Positions 20,479 to 30,392 of a stretch of 53,227 nt of DNA are shown one piece after another. The first letter of the stretch is position 1, and each line of letters starts with the position of its first letter. This DNA is from Anaerolineae bacterium (lineage in GTDB: Bacteria; Chloroflexota; Anaerolineae; B4-G1; DUEL01). Position numbers and translations under genes: made by a program. Location: positions 70,036-123,262 of the forward strand of contig JBDOIF010000008.1 of NCBI GenBank assembly GCA_041082215.1. The letters run 5' to 3'. The notes below the pieces were generated by a model. The model was not told the DNA's origin. It worked only from the letters and a program-made list of their open reading frames with translations, and searched no databases.

Positions 20479-21951
20479 TCACCAGTTCCGCAGGACGAGA
20501 GGCATGTAGCCCTGAAGGGGCTCCACGATGGCGACCGCCCGGAGGGTGTAGGGGCTGTCCGGGTCCGCTTCGGCGGTGAGGACCGCCGTGTTGATGATGG
20601 CGGTGCGCGAAGGGACCCCGGCGCCTACGTCCACTGCAAAGGAGGCGGTGAGGGTGGTGTTGGAGCTGATCACGCCCCACCAGCGGACCGATCCGGCGGC
20701 CTGGGTGATGGTCCCTGCCGAAGCCCAGATGCTTCCGGCAACGTAGGTGGTGGAGGGGGGGATGGCATCTGTGAGGGTGAAGGTGGCGGTTGGCCCGATG
20801 ACCACCAGCGAGAGGGTGTAGGTCAGCCGCTCGCCCGGATCGGGGGCAACCGGGTAGACCCACTTGGACGAGCTGGAGAGGTTCGGTTGGGCACGGATGC
20901 AGTAGACCTTCTGGGCGTCGTAGTCGGCCACGTAGATGGCGCCGTCGGGGCCCACCGCCACGTCCACCGGCCTTTCAAAGCCCGTGGCGAACGGTTCGCT
21001 GCTGGCGGTGTAGCCGCCAGTCCCGTCCGGGGCGATCATCACCCGCTGCACCGTCCCCAGCTCCTGCAGGCCGGTAAACGCGCTGTTGGTCAGCGACAGG
21101 GGCAGCCCTGTCCCGATGTGAAATACCAGGCCGGCGGGGGAGCTGTGGGGAGGGAAGGTGGCGATGGAGGGAACGGTCCAGGTGCAGAAAAGCCCCCAGC
21201 CGGGGTCCGATCCCCCTTCCCAGCAGTGGGGCCATCCGTAGTGCTCCCGGTATCGGATGAAGTTCAGCTCGTCCGGCGGCGCATCTGGCCCCAGGTCGTC
21301 CCGCCCGTCCTCGACGGCAAAGAGGTCATCGGTGCCGGGGTAGAAGGCCAGCCCTTCAGGGTCGTGCAATCCCATCGCGTAGAGGGTCGGTGTGTACGGC
21401 TCGGAGCTTTCGAACCGGAGGACCGTGCCCAGCCGGGGATCGGTGGGCGTGCAGTTGTCGCATCCGGCCGGTACGCCCAGATACAGCCGACCTGCGCTAT
21501 CGAAGGCCAGGCTTCGCACCGCTTCCGGCAGGTCATCCACAATCGCGACGTTGGAATCCGCATCCCCATCGTCGTCCAGGTCCTCCAGCCTCCGGACCCC
21601 TCCCTCCACAGCGACGTAGAGGGCCTCTTCTCTCCAGGCCATATCGGCCGGCAGGAGAAGCCCGCTGGCGAACAACTGCTGAACGTCCTGCCGGTCATCT
21701 CCGTCGGTGTCCTCGAAGGCGTAGATCCTCCCTCCCAGGAGGGCCACATAGAGCCGCCCGTCGGGACCAATGGAGATGGCGGTGGGATAGCGGTAGAAGC
21801 CGGAGGTGGCTTCCTTGACGTTCACGAATTCGGTGATGCGGAAGTGGTCGGGGACCTGCGGCAGGTTTCCCTGGGCGGCTGTCAGGCTCTCACTGATGAA
21901 CCCCAGGACGGCCGCGGCTATGGCCAGGGCGATCAGGCTTCGCTTGATCAT
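20479..21951 (-). CDS. Secreted PQQ-dependent sugar dehydrogenase-like propeller with DUF11-like domain and C-terminal YMPLVLR tail
   Basis: Signal peptide; GRDDLG, DELN, YGWP, HSSPAG, RPVDVAVGPDGAIYV; PGERLTYTL..LTDAIP..TYV. Confidence 0.82.
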   Translation of the reverse strand: MIKRSLIALAIAAAVLGFISESLTAAQGNLPQVPDHFRITEFVNVKEATSGFYRYPTAISIGPDGRLYVALLGGRIYAFEDTDGDDRQDVQQLFASGLLLPADMAWREEALYVAVEGGVRRLEDLDDDGDADSNVAIVDDLPEAVRSLAFDSAGRLYLGVPAGCDNCTPTDPRLGTVLRFESSEPYTPTLYAMGLHDPEGLAFYPGTDDLFAVEDGRDDLGPDAPPDELNFIRYREHYGWPHCWEGGSDPGWGLFCTWTVPSIATFPPHSSPAGLVFHIGTGLPLSLTNSAFTGLQELGTVQRVMIAPDGTGGYTASSEPFATGFERPVDVAVGPDGAIYVADYDAQKVYCIRAQPNLSSSSKWVYPVAPDPGERLTYTLSLVVIGPTATFTLTDAIPPSTTYVAGSIWASAGTITQAAGSVRWWGVISSNTTLTASFAVDVGAGVPSRTAIINTAVLTAEADPDSPYTLRAVAIVEPLQGYMPLVLRNW

Positions 21952-22077
21952 CGCTCCTCCCTCCTTTCGTTCCATCCTTTCCGAACGCCGGGGGAGGATT
22001 CCCGCCACGACAACACCGACCCTGCCCCATCCCCCGGGGTGGGTTTTTCACAAGCACACACCAATAGCGGACGGAAA

Positions 22078-22152
22078 ACCACGGAGACACGGAGGACACA
22101 GAGACGGACAGGTCATTACCCAAAAACTCTGTGCTCTCTGTGCCTCTGTGGT
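22078..22152. repeat. ACAGAG-type inverted repeat element (complete copy)
   Basis: ACCACGGAGACACGGAGGACACAGAG ... CTCTGTGCTCTCTGTGCCTCTGTGGT. Confidence 0.8.
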
Positions 22153-22247
22153 GAGAGTGTAAAGCACTGCGTAAGTTTTATTACATTATAGCATGGTCAG
22201 GAGGGGAGGAAAGGTTACGAATGGGTTACAACCGCAGGGATCGGGGG

Positions 22248-24998
22248 TCATCCCTCCAGCGGCTCCATCTCCCCCCAGTTGGAGCCTACCTTGAGGTCCA
22301 CCTTGAGGGGAGCGCGGAGGGGATAGGCGGATTCCATCGTCCGACGCACCAGAGGGGCGACGATCCGCAGCTCGTCCTGGGGAACCTCCAGCACCAGCTC
22401 GTCGTGGACCTGGATGGTCATCCGCGCCTGCAGCCCTTTTTCCAGAAGCGCCTGGTGGAGCTGGAGCATCGCCTGCTTAATGATGTCGGCGGCGGAGCCC
22501 TGGATGGGGGCGTTGACCGCCTCCCGCTCCGCCTGTCGCCGGGCCTGCTCCTGGCCGGGGGCGGTGCTCTGGAGCTGGGGGAAGTACCGGCGGCGGCCCA
22601 GCAGGGTCTCCACATACCCCCGGTTCTTGGCCTGGGCGATGGTGTTCTCCAGGTAATCCCGTACCCTGGGGAAGCGGCCGAAATACTGGGAGACGAAATT
22701 CTCCGCCTCCGCCTGGGTCAGCCCGGCGTCGCGGGCCAGGCGATAGGTGCTCATCCCGTAGATCAGGCCGAAGTTGACCTGCTTGGCGAAACGGCGCTGT
22801 TCGGGCGTCACCTCTTTCAGCGGGATGTCGAAGATGGCGGCGGCGGTGGTGGCGTGGATGTCTTCCCCCCGCTGGAAAGCGGCCAGAAGCCCAGGATCGC
22901 CGGAGATGTGGGCCAGCACTCGCAGCTCCACCTGAGAGTAGTCGGCTCCCAGCAGCACCCACCCCTGCCGGGCGACGAAGGCCTGCCGCACCTGTCGGCC
23001 CAGAGGGGAGCGGATGGGGATGTTCTGCAGGTTAGGCTCGCTGGAGGAGATACGGCCAGTGACCGTTCCGGTCTGGTTGTATGAGGTATGCACCCGCCCC
23101 GTCTCGGGGTTGACCAGGGCGGGGAGGGCGTCCACGTAGGTGGATTTGAGCTTGGCCAGTTCCCGCTGCTCCAGGATCAGCTCGATCACCGGATGGGCAC
23201 CCTGAAGCGATTCCAGCACACCAGCGGCGACGGAGTACTGGCCGGTGGCGGTGCGGGGCACGCCCCGCGTGGGCAGCTTCAGCCCTTCAAAGAGCGCCTT
23301 CGCCAGTTGCTGGTTGGAGTTGACGTTGAAGGGGTAGCCGACAGCCCGCTGGATCTCCTCCTCCAATTCTGCCAGCCGACGGGCCAGCTCCGCCGACATC
23401 CGTTCCAGGAAGGGGATGTCCAGCATCACCCCCGTCTCCTCCATTGCCACCAGCACCTCTACCAGCGGCAGCTCCATCTGGACGAAGAGCTCCCAGTGCC
23501 CCTTCTGCCGCAGCTCCGGCTCCAGCACCTTCGCCAGCCGGTGGGTCATATCCACGTCGGCGGCGGCGTAGGCGGCGGCCTGCTCGATCCCCACTTCCGC
23601 CATCGTGAGCTGCCTGCGCCCACTTCCGATCAGCTCCTGGATGGACGTCATCTCCACACCCAGGCGGGCAAAGGCCAGGTTCTTCAAGCCCAGATTGTGG
23701 CTGGCCGGGTCGGTGAGCCATTCGGCGATCATCGTGTCGAAAGACAGGCCCCTCACCCGAACGCCGTGGCGGGCCAGAACCTCCAGATCGTACTTGGCGT
23801 TGTGGGCCTGCTTGGGGAGGAGGGGGTCCTCCAGCAGGGGACGGACCGTCTCCAGGACCTGAGGGAGCGGGAGCTGATCCCCCCACCGGTGGCCTACAGG
23901 AATGTACCATCCCTCCCCCTCCCGGTCGGTGAAGGCCAGGCCCACCAGCCCGGCCCGCATCGCGTCCTGGGAGGTGGTCTCCGTATCGAAGGTAACCGCG
24001 GCGGCACGGGAAAGCTGCTCGACCAGCGCAGCCAGTTGGGCCGGCTCTGTCACTACGTGGTAGCGGGTGGGTGCTGGCCGTGGAGCAATTCTCTCCTCGC
24101 CGAAGAGGGGGAGCTGCCGGACAAGCCGGTCCTCTCCGGGCAGCCGTTCGATCAGGGAGCGGAACTCCAGCCGGCGGAACAGGTCCAGCACCCGCGCCCG
24201 ATCGTAATGGCGGACCGTACAGGCCTCCAGGTCCAGCGTCACCGGCAGGTCGGCCCGGATGGTGGAGAGCTGGCGGCTGAGGAAGGCCGCCTCCCGCCCC
24301 TGCTCCAGCAGGCTGCGGAAGCGGGGCTTCTCGATCCGCTCGAGGTGGTTGTAGATCCCCTCCAGCGAGCCGTACTGCTGGAGCAACTCGACGGCCGTTT
24401 TCTCCCCCACTCCAGCCACGCCAGGGATGTTATCCGATTTATCCCCCACCAGCGCCTTGTAATCCCGGAGCTGGGCCGGGGAAAGCCCTCCGTAGCGGGC
24501 GCGGACCGCCTCTTCGTCGTATACTGTCCCCTCGGAGAGGCGGCGGCCGGAGAGGAAAACACGGACGTGGGGGCCGACCAACTGCAGCAGGTCCTGATCG
24601 CCGGTGACGATAAGGGTCTCCACCCCCTTCTCCGCCGCCTGTCGGGCCAGGGTTCCCAGCAGGTCGTCCGCCTCCATCCCCTCCAGCTCAAAGATAGGGA
24701 TGCCGAACGCTTCGACGATCTGGCGGATGCGGTCCATCTGGACCCGCATCTCCTCCGGCATGCGGTCCCGCTGGCTCTTGTAGCCGGCGTACATCTCATC
24801 CCGGCCCGATCGCCCGGCATCGAAACAGACGGCGATATAATCCGGCTGGTGTTCCTGGAGGATGTTCAGCAGGGTAGCGGTGAAGCCGTAGGTGGCGTTG
24901 GTCGGCTCCCCTTCCCGGGTGGCAAAGCCCTCCACCGGCAGGGCGTGGAAGACGCGGTAAGCCAGCGCGTGGCCGTCAATCAGAACCAGCTTTTTCAT
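22248..24998 (-). CDS. polA: DNA polymerase I
   Basis: 5'-3' exo (IDGHALAYR, EADD, GDKSDNIPG), 3'-5' exo (FDTET, HNAKYD), DYSQVELR, AKQVNFGLIYG, QVHDEL. Confidence 0.98.
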   Translation of the reverse strand: MKKLVLIDGHALAYRVFHALPVEGFATREGEPTNATYGFTATLLNILQEHQPDYIAVCFDAGRSGRDEMYAGYKSQRDRMPEEMRVQMDRIRQIVEAFGIPIFELEGMEADDLLGTLARQAAEKGVETLIVTGDQDLLQLVGPHVRVFLSGRRLSEGTVYDEEAVRARYGGLSPAQLRDYKALVGDKSDNIPGVAGVGEKTAVELLQQYGSLEGIYNHLERIEKPRFRSLLEQGREAAFLSRQLSTIRADLPVTLDLEACTVRHYDRARVLDLFRRLEFRSLIERLPGEDRLVRQLPLFGEERIAPRPAPTRYHVVTEPAQLAALVEQLSRAAAVTFDTETTSQDAMRAGLVGLAFTDREGEGWYIPVGHRWGDQLPLPQVLETVRPLLEDPLLPKQAHNAKYDLEVLARHGVRVRGLSFDTMIAEWLTDPASHNLGLKNLAFARLGVEMTSIQELIGSGRRQLTMAEVGIEQAAAYAAADVDMTHRLAKVLEPELRQKGHWELFVQMELPLVEVLVAMEETGVMLDIPFLERMSAELARRLAELEEEIQRAVGYPFNVNSNQQLAKALFEGLKLPTRGVPRTATGQYSVAAGVLESLQGAHPVIELILEQRELAKLKSTYVDALPALVNPETGRVHTSYNQTGTVTGRISSSEPNLQNIPIRSPLGRQVRQAFVARQGWVLLGADYSQVELRVLAHISGDPGLLAAFQRGEDIHATTAAAIFDIPLKEVTPEQRRFAKQVNFGLIYGMSTYRLARDAGLTQAEAENFVSQYFGRFPRVRDYLENTIAQAKNRGYVETLLGRRRYFPQLQSTAPGQEQARRQAEREAVNAPIQGSAADIIKQAMLQLHQALLEKGLQARMTIQVHDELVLEVPQDELRIVAPLVRRTMESAYPLRAPLKVDLKVGSNWGEMEPLEG

Positions 24999-25771
24999 AA
25001 GCCCATCAGCTCCCGGATCTGCTCTGCCGTCTCCTTCGCCCGATGACGGATCATCCCCAGGGCCACCCGCCCGCTGATGACGATGGAAAGGATCACCCCC
25101 CCAGCCAGGGCCAGCGAATAGAGGAGGTGCTCTGCCCCCTCGATGCTCTGCTCGAAGCGGAGTTGTTCCCTGCCCAGGATCTGGGCCACCCGTGCGGAGG
25201 TGTGCCAGGATTCGCTGACCACGTCGGCCAGCGCCCTGACCTCCTCTTCCGGCAGCCGACCGGTCCAGGATATCGTCTCCTTCTCGCGGGTCAGCAGCAC
25301 CGCCTCTGCTCCCACCTCCTGGGCCAGGCGGGACATCAGACGGGCCACTTCGGGGAGCTTTTCCTGGGCCACCACGGGGGCTTCCGCAGGTGCAGGCCCG
25401 CCACCTACCGGCCGGGAAAGGAGCGTCCGGATCCGCCCCGGTAGTTCGGGAATAAAACAGGGCTTGGGTATTGCCCCCTGAAGGTCCACGTCTGACAGTT
25501 CGGGGGGGATGGCCTCACCCTCCAGGGGGATGACCGCCAGCCGGAGGCGTGGGTGTTCATGTCGGAGGGTACGGACCAGAAGGGTCGGCTCGACATCGGG
25601 CAGGCCCAGATCCACGATGACCAGGTCGTATTCTCCCGTGGCAGTGGCCAGCAGGGCCTCCCGGCCGCTTCCTACCGCGCTGATCTGGAGGTTCCCCTGT
25701 TCCTGCAGGACCTCCTGAAGCATGGTCGTGAACGCTTCGTTGTTATCTACGATCAGGATACGGTGAGTCAC
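24995..25771 (-). CDS. Receiver (REC) domain fused to roadblock/LC7-like domain
   Basis: ILIVDN, LVIVDLGLP, IPKP; C-terminal GAEAVLLT...ALGMIRHRAK; GGGAGG RBS; stop overlaps polA ATG. Confidence 0.75.
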   Translation of the reverse strand: MTHRILIVDNNEAFTTMLQEVLQEQGNLQISAVGSGREALLATATGEYDLVIVDLGLPDVEPTLLVRTLRHEHPRLRLAVIPLEGEAIPPELSDVDLQGAIPKPCFIPELPGRIRTLLSRPVGGGPAPAEAPVVAQEKLPEVARLMSRLAQEVGAEAVLLTREKETISWTGRLPEEEVRALADVVSESWHTSARVAQILGREQLRFEQSIEGAEHLLYSLALAGGVILSIVISGRVALGMIRHRAKETAEQIRELMGL

Positions 25772-25832
25772 GATCCCTCCCTGTGCTGTTCTGCTCCCCC
25801 CCGCGCATCTTCCGGGCAGGTCGGACGGCTTC

Positions 25833-25896
25833 ATTCTATCGGGCCGGGGGAAAAAAGTCAAGGTGGGTTGACCCCAGGACCAAACTGGAGTACACT
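25833..25896. promoter_or_regulatory. Back-to-back divergent sigma70 promoters
   Basis: Minus strand TTGACT-17-TAGAAT (25861-25833); plus strand TTGACC-17-TACACT (25868-25896). Confidence 0.65.
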
Positions 25897-25968
25897 GAAA
25901 AGTGTAACGTCACACGTCAAGCGTCAGACGTCAATTGAGTGCGAAATGCGGGTTCAGGAGGTTGGACG

Positions 25969-27318
25969 ATGAGAAGAGTCCTGTTCGCTTTGACTCTGAT
26001 CCTGGCAATCATACTCCACGGGGCAAGCGCCTCTGCCGCGCAGGGGTCCCCGATCCACGTGGTGGAGCAGACAACGGAAAGCCATTTCCCCGACGAGCTG
26101 CTCTTTCGGCTGCGGGTGAGGAGCGATGCCGGCGACATCACCAGCGCCGTCCTCTATATCCAGGTAGGTTGGGAGGATAGCAGGCGGCTGGTGCCGGCCG
26201 AGCCTTTTGTCCCCGCTCCGGAGGTGGAGGTAACCGCCATCTGGCGCACTTCCGGGGAGACGGTGCCGCCCTTTGTGGAGATCACCTACAACTGGGAGGT
26301 GGTGGACAGGTCGGGGGCGAAGCTGGTCACCGATCCGGTGCGCACCGAATACACGGACTTCACCCACGACTGGCAACGGCTGGAGGATGAGCACGTGATC
26401 GTCTTCTGGTACGACCAGTCGGAGCGTTTCGGTCAGGAGCTTTTCCGCGCAGCTCAGGAGGCCTATGAGCACGTCGCCCGGGTGACCGGCACCACCACCG
26501 AGTGGCCCATCCGGGTGGTCATCTACAACAACCAGCGGGATTTCTGCGCCTTCTACGCCCCCCGGAGCTGCGAGGCCTGGGTCGGAGGGCAGACCTTTTC
26601 CGGCATCACTGTCCAGTGGGGCACCGATCTGGACTGGTTTATCTACGATGTCGTCCCCCACGAGCTGGCCCACGTCTTCTACGGCGAGATCTTCCGGGAT
26701 ACGTGGATCACTGTCCCCACCTGGTTCAACGAAGGGATCGCCGTCTATAACGAACGGACCGATCACGCCGAAGAGATGCAGATGGTCCGCTCGGCGGCGG
26801 AGCAGGGGAAGCTGGAGCCTCTGTCGGTGATGACCCGGGGCGGAGGTGTGGCCCACGGTGAGGTGGGGCTGTGGTATGCGGTGGCCTACAGCCTGGTGGC
26901 CTACATCGCCGACGCCTACGGGGAGGAGACGCTGGGGGAGCTGATCCTCACCCTGGCGGACAACGTCCCCTTTGAGGAGGCGCTGGCCCGGACGACAGGG
27001 CTGGATATGGTCCAGCTAGAGATGGAGTGGCGGGCGTGGCTTGGCTACCCGGTGAAGTCGGTGCCGACGCCGGTGACGCTGCCGACGATGGCCGTGACCC
27101 CTTTCACCCTGCCGACGGCCCCCCGGGGCCAGCCAGCCGCCTCCCCCACCCCCCGTCCGACGGCCGTTCCCACCCAGGCGCCGACCGCCACGCCGGAGGG
27201 GAAACCGTCCGGTGGGGTGTGCCCCGGGCTGGCCGGGCTGGCCCTGCCGGCAGGAGGTTGGGCCGGCTGGCGGATGGCACGACGTCGGACGGCCGTGAGG
27301 GTCGGAAACGATGTCTGA
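25969..27318 (+). CDS. Secreted peptidase MA-family zinc metallopeptidase with Pro/Thr linker
   Basis: Signal peptide, HELAH..WFNEGIA, PT-rich linker, hydrophobic/basic tail. Confidence 0.85.
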   Translation: MRRVLFALTLILAIILHGASASAAQGSPIHVVEQTTESHFPDELLFRLRVRSDAGDITSAVLYIQVGWEDSRRLVPAEPFVPAPEVEVTAIWRTSGETVPPFVEITYNWEVVDRSGAKLVTDPVRTEYTDFTHDWQRLEDEHVIVFWYDQSERFGQELFRAAQEAYEHVARVTGTTTEWPIRVVIYNNQRDFCAFYAPRSCEAWVGGQTFSGITVQWGTDLDWFIYDVVPHELAHVFYGEIFRDTWITVPTWFNEGIAVYNERTDHAEEMQMVRSAAEQGKLEPLSVMTRGGGVAHGEVGLWYAVAYSLVAYIADAYGEETLGELILTLADNVPFEEALARTTGLDMVQLEMEWRAWLGYPVKSVPTPVTLPTMAVTPFTLPTAPRGQPAASPTPRPTAVPTQAPTATPEGKPSGGVCPGLAGLALPAGGWAGWRMARRRTAVRVGNDV

Positions 27319-27328
27319 ACCAGCCATA

Positions 27329-27445
27329 TTGTAGGGCAGGCTTTCAGCCTGCCCTACTAAGGTGGAAATGTTGTAGGGCAGGCTTTCAGCCTGCCCTACA
27401 AATTGAAAGCCTATCTGCAGGACAACTCCTGTGGAGTTGTCCTAC
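27329..27445. repeat. Tandem GTAG-type REP palindromes
   Basis: TTGTAGGGCAGGCTTTCAGCCTGCCCTAC twice (27329-27357, 27371-27399), plus GGACAACTCC-tgt-GGAGTTGTCCTAC. Confidence 0.85.
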
Positions 27446-27486
27446 GTTGGCCGGAGAGCAGCCTCTGGACCGGCCCGGCAGGGACC

Positions 27487-27657
27487 CTAGACCTCGATGA
27501 TGGCGTCGTTGGGGCAGACTTCCTGGCAGGTGCCGCAGTCGGAGCACTTGGCGGGGTCAATGACGTACTGATTCTCCCCCTCGCTGATAGCGCCTTCCGG
27601 GCACTCCGCTTCACAGGCGCCACACATAAGGCAATCTTCCGTTATCTTGCGGGGCAT
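27487..27657 (-). CDS. 2[4Fe-4S] ferredoxin, 56 aa (absent from the ORF track)
   Basis: MPRKITEDCLMCGACEAECPEGAISEGENQYVIDPAKCSDCGTCQEVCPNDAIIEV; two CxxCxxCxxxCP; AGGAGG RBS. Confidence 0.95.
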   Translation of the reverse strand: MPRKITEDCLMCGACEAECPEGAISEGENQYVIDPAKCSDCGTCQEVCPNDAIIEV

Positions 27658-27782
27658 TCTATCTACCTCCTGATGATGGGTTGGAATACGGCCACTACAG
27701 CTTCGGATTGTACCTCAGAAGTCCGTTTTAGCAAATCGGCCTGGCTGGCTTTCTCCGCCGGGCAATGTAAGGAAATGTGTCC

Positions 27783-30392
27783 CTACTCTTTTGCCCGCCG
27801 CTGCAGCTCGTAGAGGGTATTGATCGCCTCCAGCGGCGTCATAGAAGGGATATCCAGCTCCCGCAGCGCCTGCACCACCGGATGCTCGTCCACGAAGAGG
27901 GCCGGCTGGTAGGGCTGTGGGGCGGGGGTGCCGGGCCGGAACTTACCGCTCTCCAGCCCTTCCAGCAGCTCCTGGGCACGGTTGATCACGGGGCGGGGCA
28001 CGCCCGCCAACTGGGCCACATGGATGCCGTAGGAACGGTCCGCCCCACCGGGGACCACTTTGTGCAGGAAGATCACCTGCCCTCCCTCCTCCGCCACAGC
28101 CAGATTGACATTGTGCACTCCGGGCAGCCGGTCGGCCAGCTCTGTCAGCTCATGGTAATGGGTGGCAAAAAGGGTCCGCGCCCGCCGCTCCGGATGGTTG
28201 TGCAGGTACTCCACCACACCCCAGGCGATGGAGATCCCGTCGTAGGTGCTGGTCCCACGCCCGATCTCATCCAGGATCAGGAGGCTGCGGGGGGTGGCAT
28301 TGTTGAGGATGTTGGCCGTCTCCACCATTTCCACCATGAACGTGGACTGGCCAGCCGCCACCTCATCCTGAGCGCCGATGCGGGTGAAGATCCGGTCCAC
28401 GATGCCGATGCGTGCCCGCTCGGCGGGGACGAAGCTCCCCATCTGCGCCATCAGCACGATGAGGGCATTCTGCCGCAGATAAACGCTCTTCCCGGCCATA
28501 TTGGGGCCGGTGATGATCAGAATGCGCTGTCCGGAATCGAGGTAGAGGTCGTTGGGGACGAAAGGCTCCTCCCGCAGGGCCTGCTCCACCACCGGATGCC
28601 GTCCCCCTCTGATCTCCAGCACATCCTCCTCCGTCAGTTCGGGGCGGACGTACCGATTGCGGACCGCCACCTCGGCCAGCGCCGCCGCCACATCCAGTTG
28701 GGCCACCGCCCGGGCAGTCTCCAGGAGGGCCGGGGCGCGGGCCGCCACCCGCTGGCAGACCTCGTGGAAGATGCGGACCTCCACCTCCGCCTGCCGCTCC
28801 TCCGCATTGAGGATCAGCGCTTCCACCTCCTTCAGCGCCGGGGTGATGAACCGCTCCGCGTTGACCAGCGTCTGCTTACGGATGTAGTCGTCCGGGACGG
28901 CGCTCAGGTTGGACCGGGTCACTTCAATATAATAGCCAAAGACTTTATTATACCCCACCTTGAGGTTTTTGATCCCGGTCCGTTCCTGTTCCCGCCGCTC
29001 CAGGCCGGCCAGCCACTTTCGGGCTTCCCGCACCGATTGGAGCAGTCCGTCCAGCTCTTCGGAGAAGCCGGGGCGGATCACGCCGCCGGAGGAGAGGGAG
29101 GCAGGTGGGTCATCCACAATGGCGGAGGCCACTAGCCTGATGACGTCCTCACACGGGTCTAGGGAGGAGGCAAGATGCAGGATGCAAGATAAGCTCCCTT
29201 GCTCCTCCGCTTCCCTGCTTCCTGCATTCCGCATCCTGCTTCCTGTCTCTTTCACCGCCTCCAGCGCCCGGCGGATCCCGACCAGGTCGCGGGGGGTGGC
29301 GACCCATCCCAGCACCCGGTTGGTCAACCGTTCCAGGTCCGGAAAATCCTTCAGCGCTTCCCGCACCTGGGCTCGCAGGACCCCCTCCCGGAAGAAGGCC
29401 TCCACCTGGTCCAGCCGCTCCTCAATAGCGGGGCGGTCCACCAGTGGCTGGACGAGACGGGAGCGGAGCAGCCGTCCTCCCATAGGAGTGAGGGTCCGAT
29501 CCAGTATCCCCAGTAGCGAACCCTGCACCTTCCGATCTCGCAGCGTCTCCGTCAGCTCCAGATTGCGGCGGGTGGCGGGGTCCAGCACCAGAAAGCGGTC
29601 GGTGGAGTAGGTGCGGAGGGTGGTGAGCTGGGCCAGCGCTCCCTTCTGCGTCTCCCGCAGGTACTGGAGGATCGCACCGGCGGCACGGATCGCCAGCGGC
29701 TTCCCCTCACAGCCGAAGCCTTCCAGCCGCGTCACCTGAAAATGGTCCAGCAGTGTCTGACGGGCTGTCCCCAGTTCAAAGCGGTAGAGGGGCAGAGGGG
29801 TGATGTGAGTTACTGAGGGTATTATCTCTGGTTTCAGATTTGAGATTGCAGGCCGCTGGTGGAGCGCGTCAGGCTCCGGGACGAGGCATTCCCGGGGCTG
29901 AAGCCGGGCCAGCTCCCGCGCGACCTCTTCTGGGGCCAGTTGGGTGACAGCGAATTCACCGGTGGTGATGTCGGCATAGGCCAGCCCGGCCAGGTCCTCC
30001 TCCACCACCAGGGCGGCCAGGTAGTTCGGCCGCTTCGCCTCCAGGAGGGTCGGCTCCACCACCGTGCCCGGGGTGATCACCCGGGTCACTTCCCGGTGGA
30101 CCAGCCCCTTGCCGGTGACCTCTCCCACCTGCTCGGCGATGGCCACCCGGTACCCCTTTTCGATGAGGCGAGCAATGTACCCCTCGATGGCGTGATGGGG
30201 GACCCCCGCCATTGGCACCCGCACCCCTTTGGCGACGGGCCGGGAGGTGAGCACCAGGTCCAGCTCCCGGGCAGCGATCTCCGCATCCTCATCGAAGGTC
30301 TCATAGAAATCCCCCAGCCGGAAGAAGAGGACCGCATCCGGGTGCTGTGCTTTCAGTTGAAGGTACTGTTTACGGATTGGCGTCACCTTCAT
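27783..30392 (-). CDS. mutS: DNA mismatch repair protein MutS
   Basis: GDFYETF, TGPNMAGKS, STFMVEM, DEIGRGT, ATHY, SYGI. Confidence 0.98.
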   Translation of the reverse strand: MKVTPIRKQYLQLKAQHPDAVLFFRLGDFYETFDEDAEIAARELDLVLTSRPVAKGVRVPMAGVPHHAIEGYIARLIEKGYRVAIAEQVGEVTGKGLVHREVTRVITPGTVVEPTLLEAKRPNYLAALVVEEDLAGLAYADITTGEFAVTQLAPEEVARELARLQPRECLVPEPDALHQRPAISNLKPEIIPSVTHITPLPLYRFELGTARQTLLDHFQVTRLEGFGCEGKPLAIRAAGAILQYLRETQKGALAQLTTLRTYSTDRFLVLDPATRRNLELTETLRDRKVQGSLLGILDRTLTPMGGRLLRSRLVQPLVDRPAIEERLDQVEAFFREGVLRAQVREALKDFPDLERLTNRVLGWVATPRDLVGIRRALEAVKETGSRMRNAGSREAEEQGSLSCILHLASSLDPCEDVIRLVASAIVDDPPASLSSGGVIRPGFSEELDGLLQSVREARKWLAGLERREQERTGIKNLKVGYNKVFGYYIEVTRSNLSAVPDDYIRKQTLVNAERFITPALKEVEALILNAEERQAEVEVRIFHEVCQRVAARAPALLETARAVAQLDVAAALAEVAVRNRYVRPELTEEDVLEIRGGRHPVVEQALREEPFVPNDLYLDSGQRILIITGPNMAGKSVYLRQNALIVLMAQMGSFVPAERARIGIVDRIFTRIGAQDEVAAGQSTFMVEMVETANILNNATPRSLLILDEIGRGTSTYDGISIAWGVVEYLHNHPERRARTLFATHYHELTELADRLPGVHNVNLAVAEEGGQVIFLHKVVPGGADRSYGIHVAQLAGVPRPVINRAQELLEGLESGKFRPGTPAPQPYQPALFVDEHPVVQALRELDIPSMTPLEAINTLYELQRRAKE

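Noticed and set aside
27329..27399. Two 29-bp palindromic direct repeats resembling a mini CRISPR
   Set aside because: Only two units, a 13-bp spacer and no cas genes; they match GTAG REPs.
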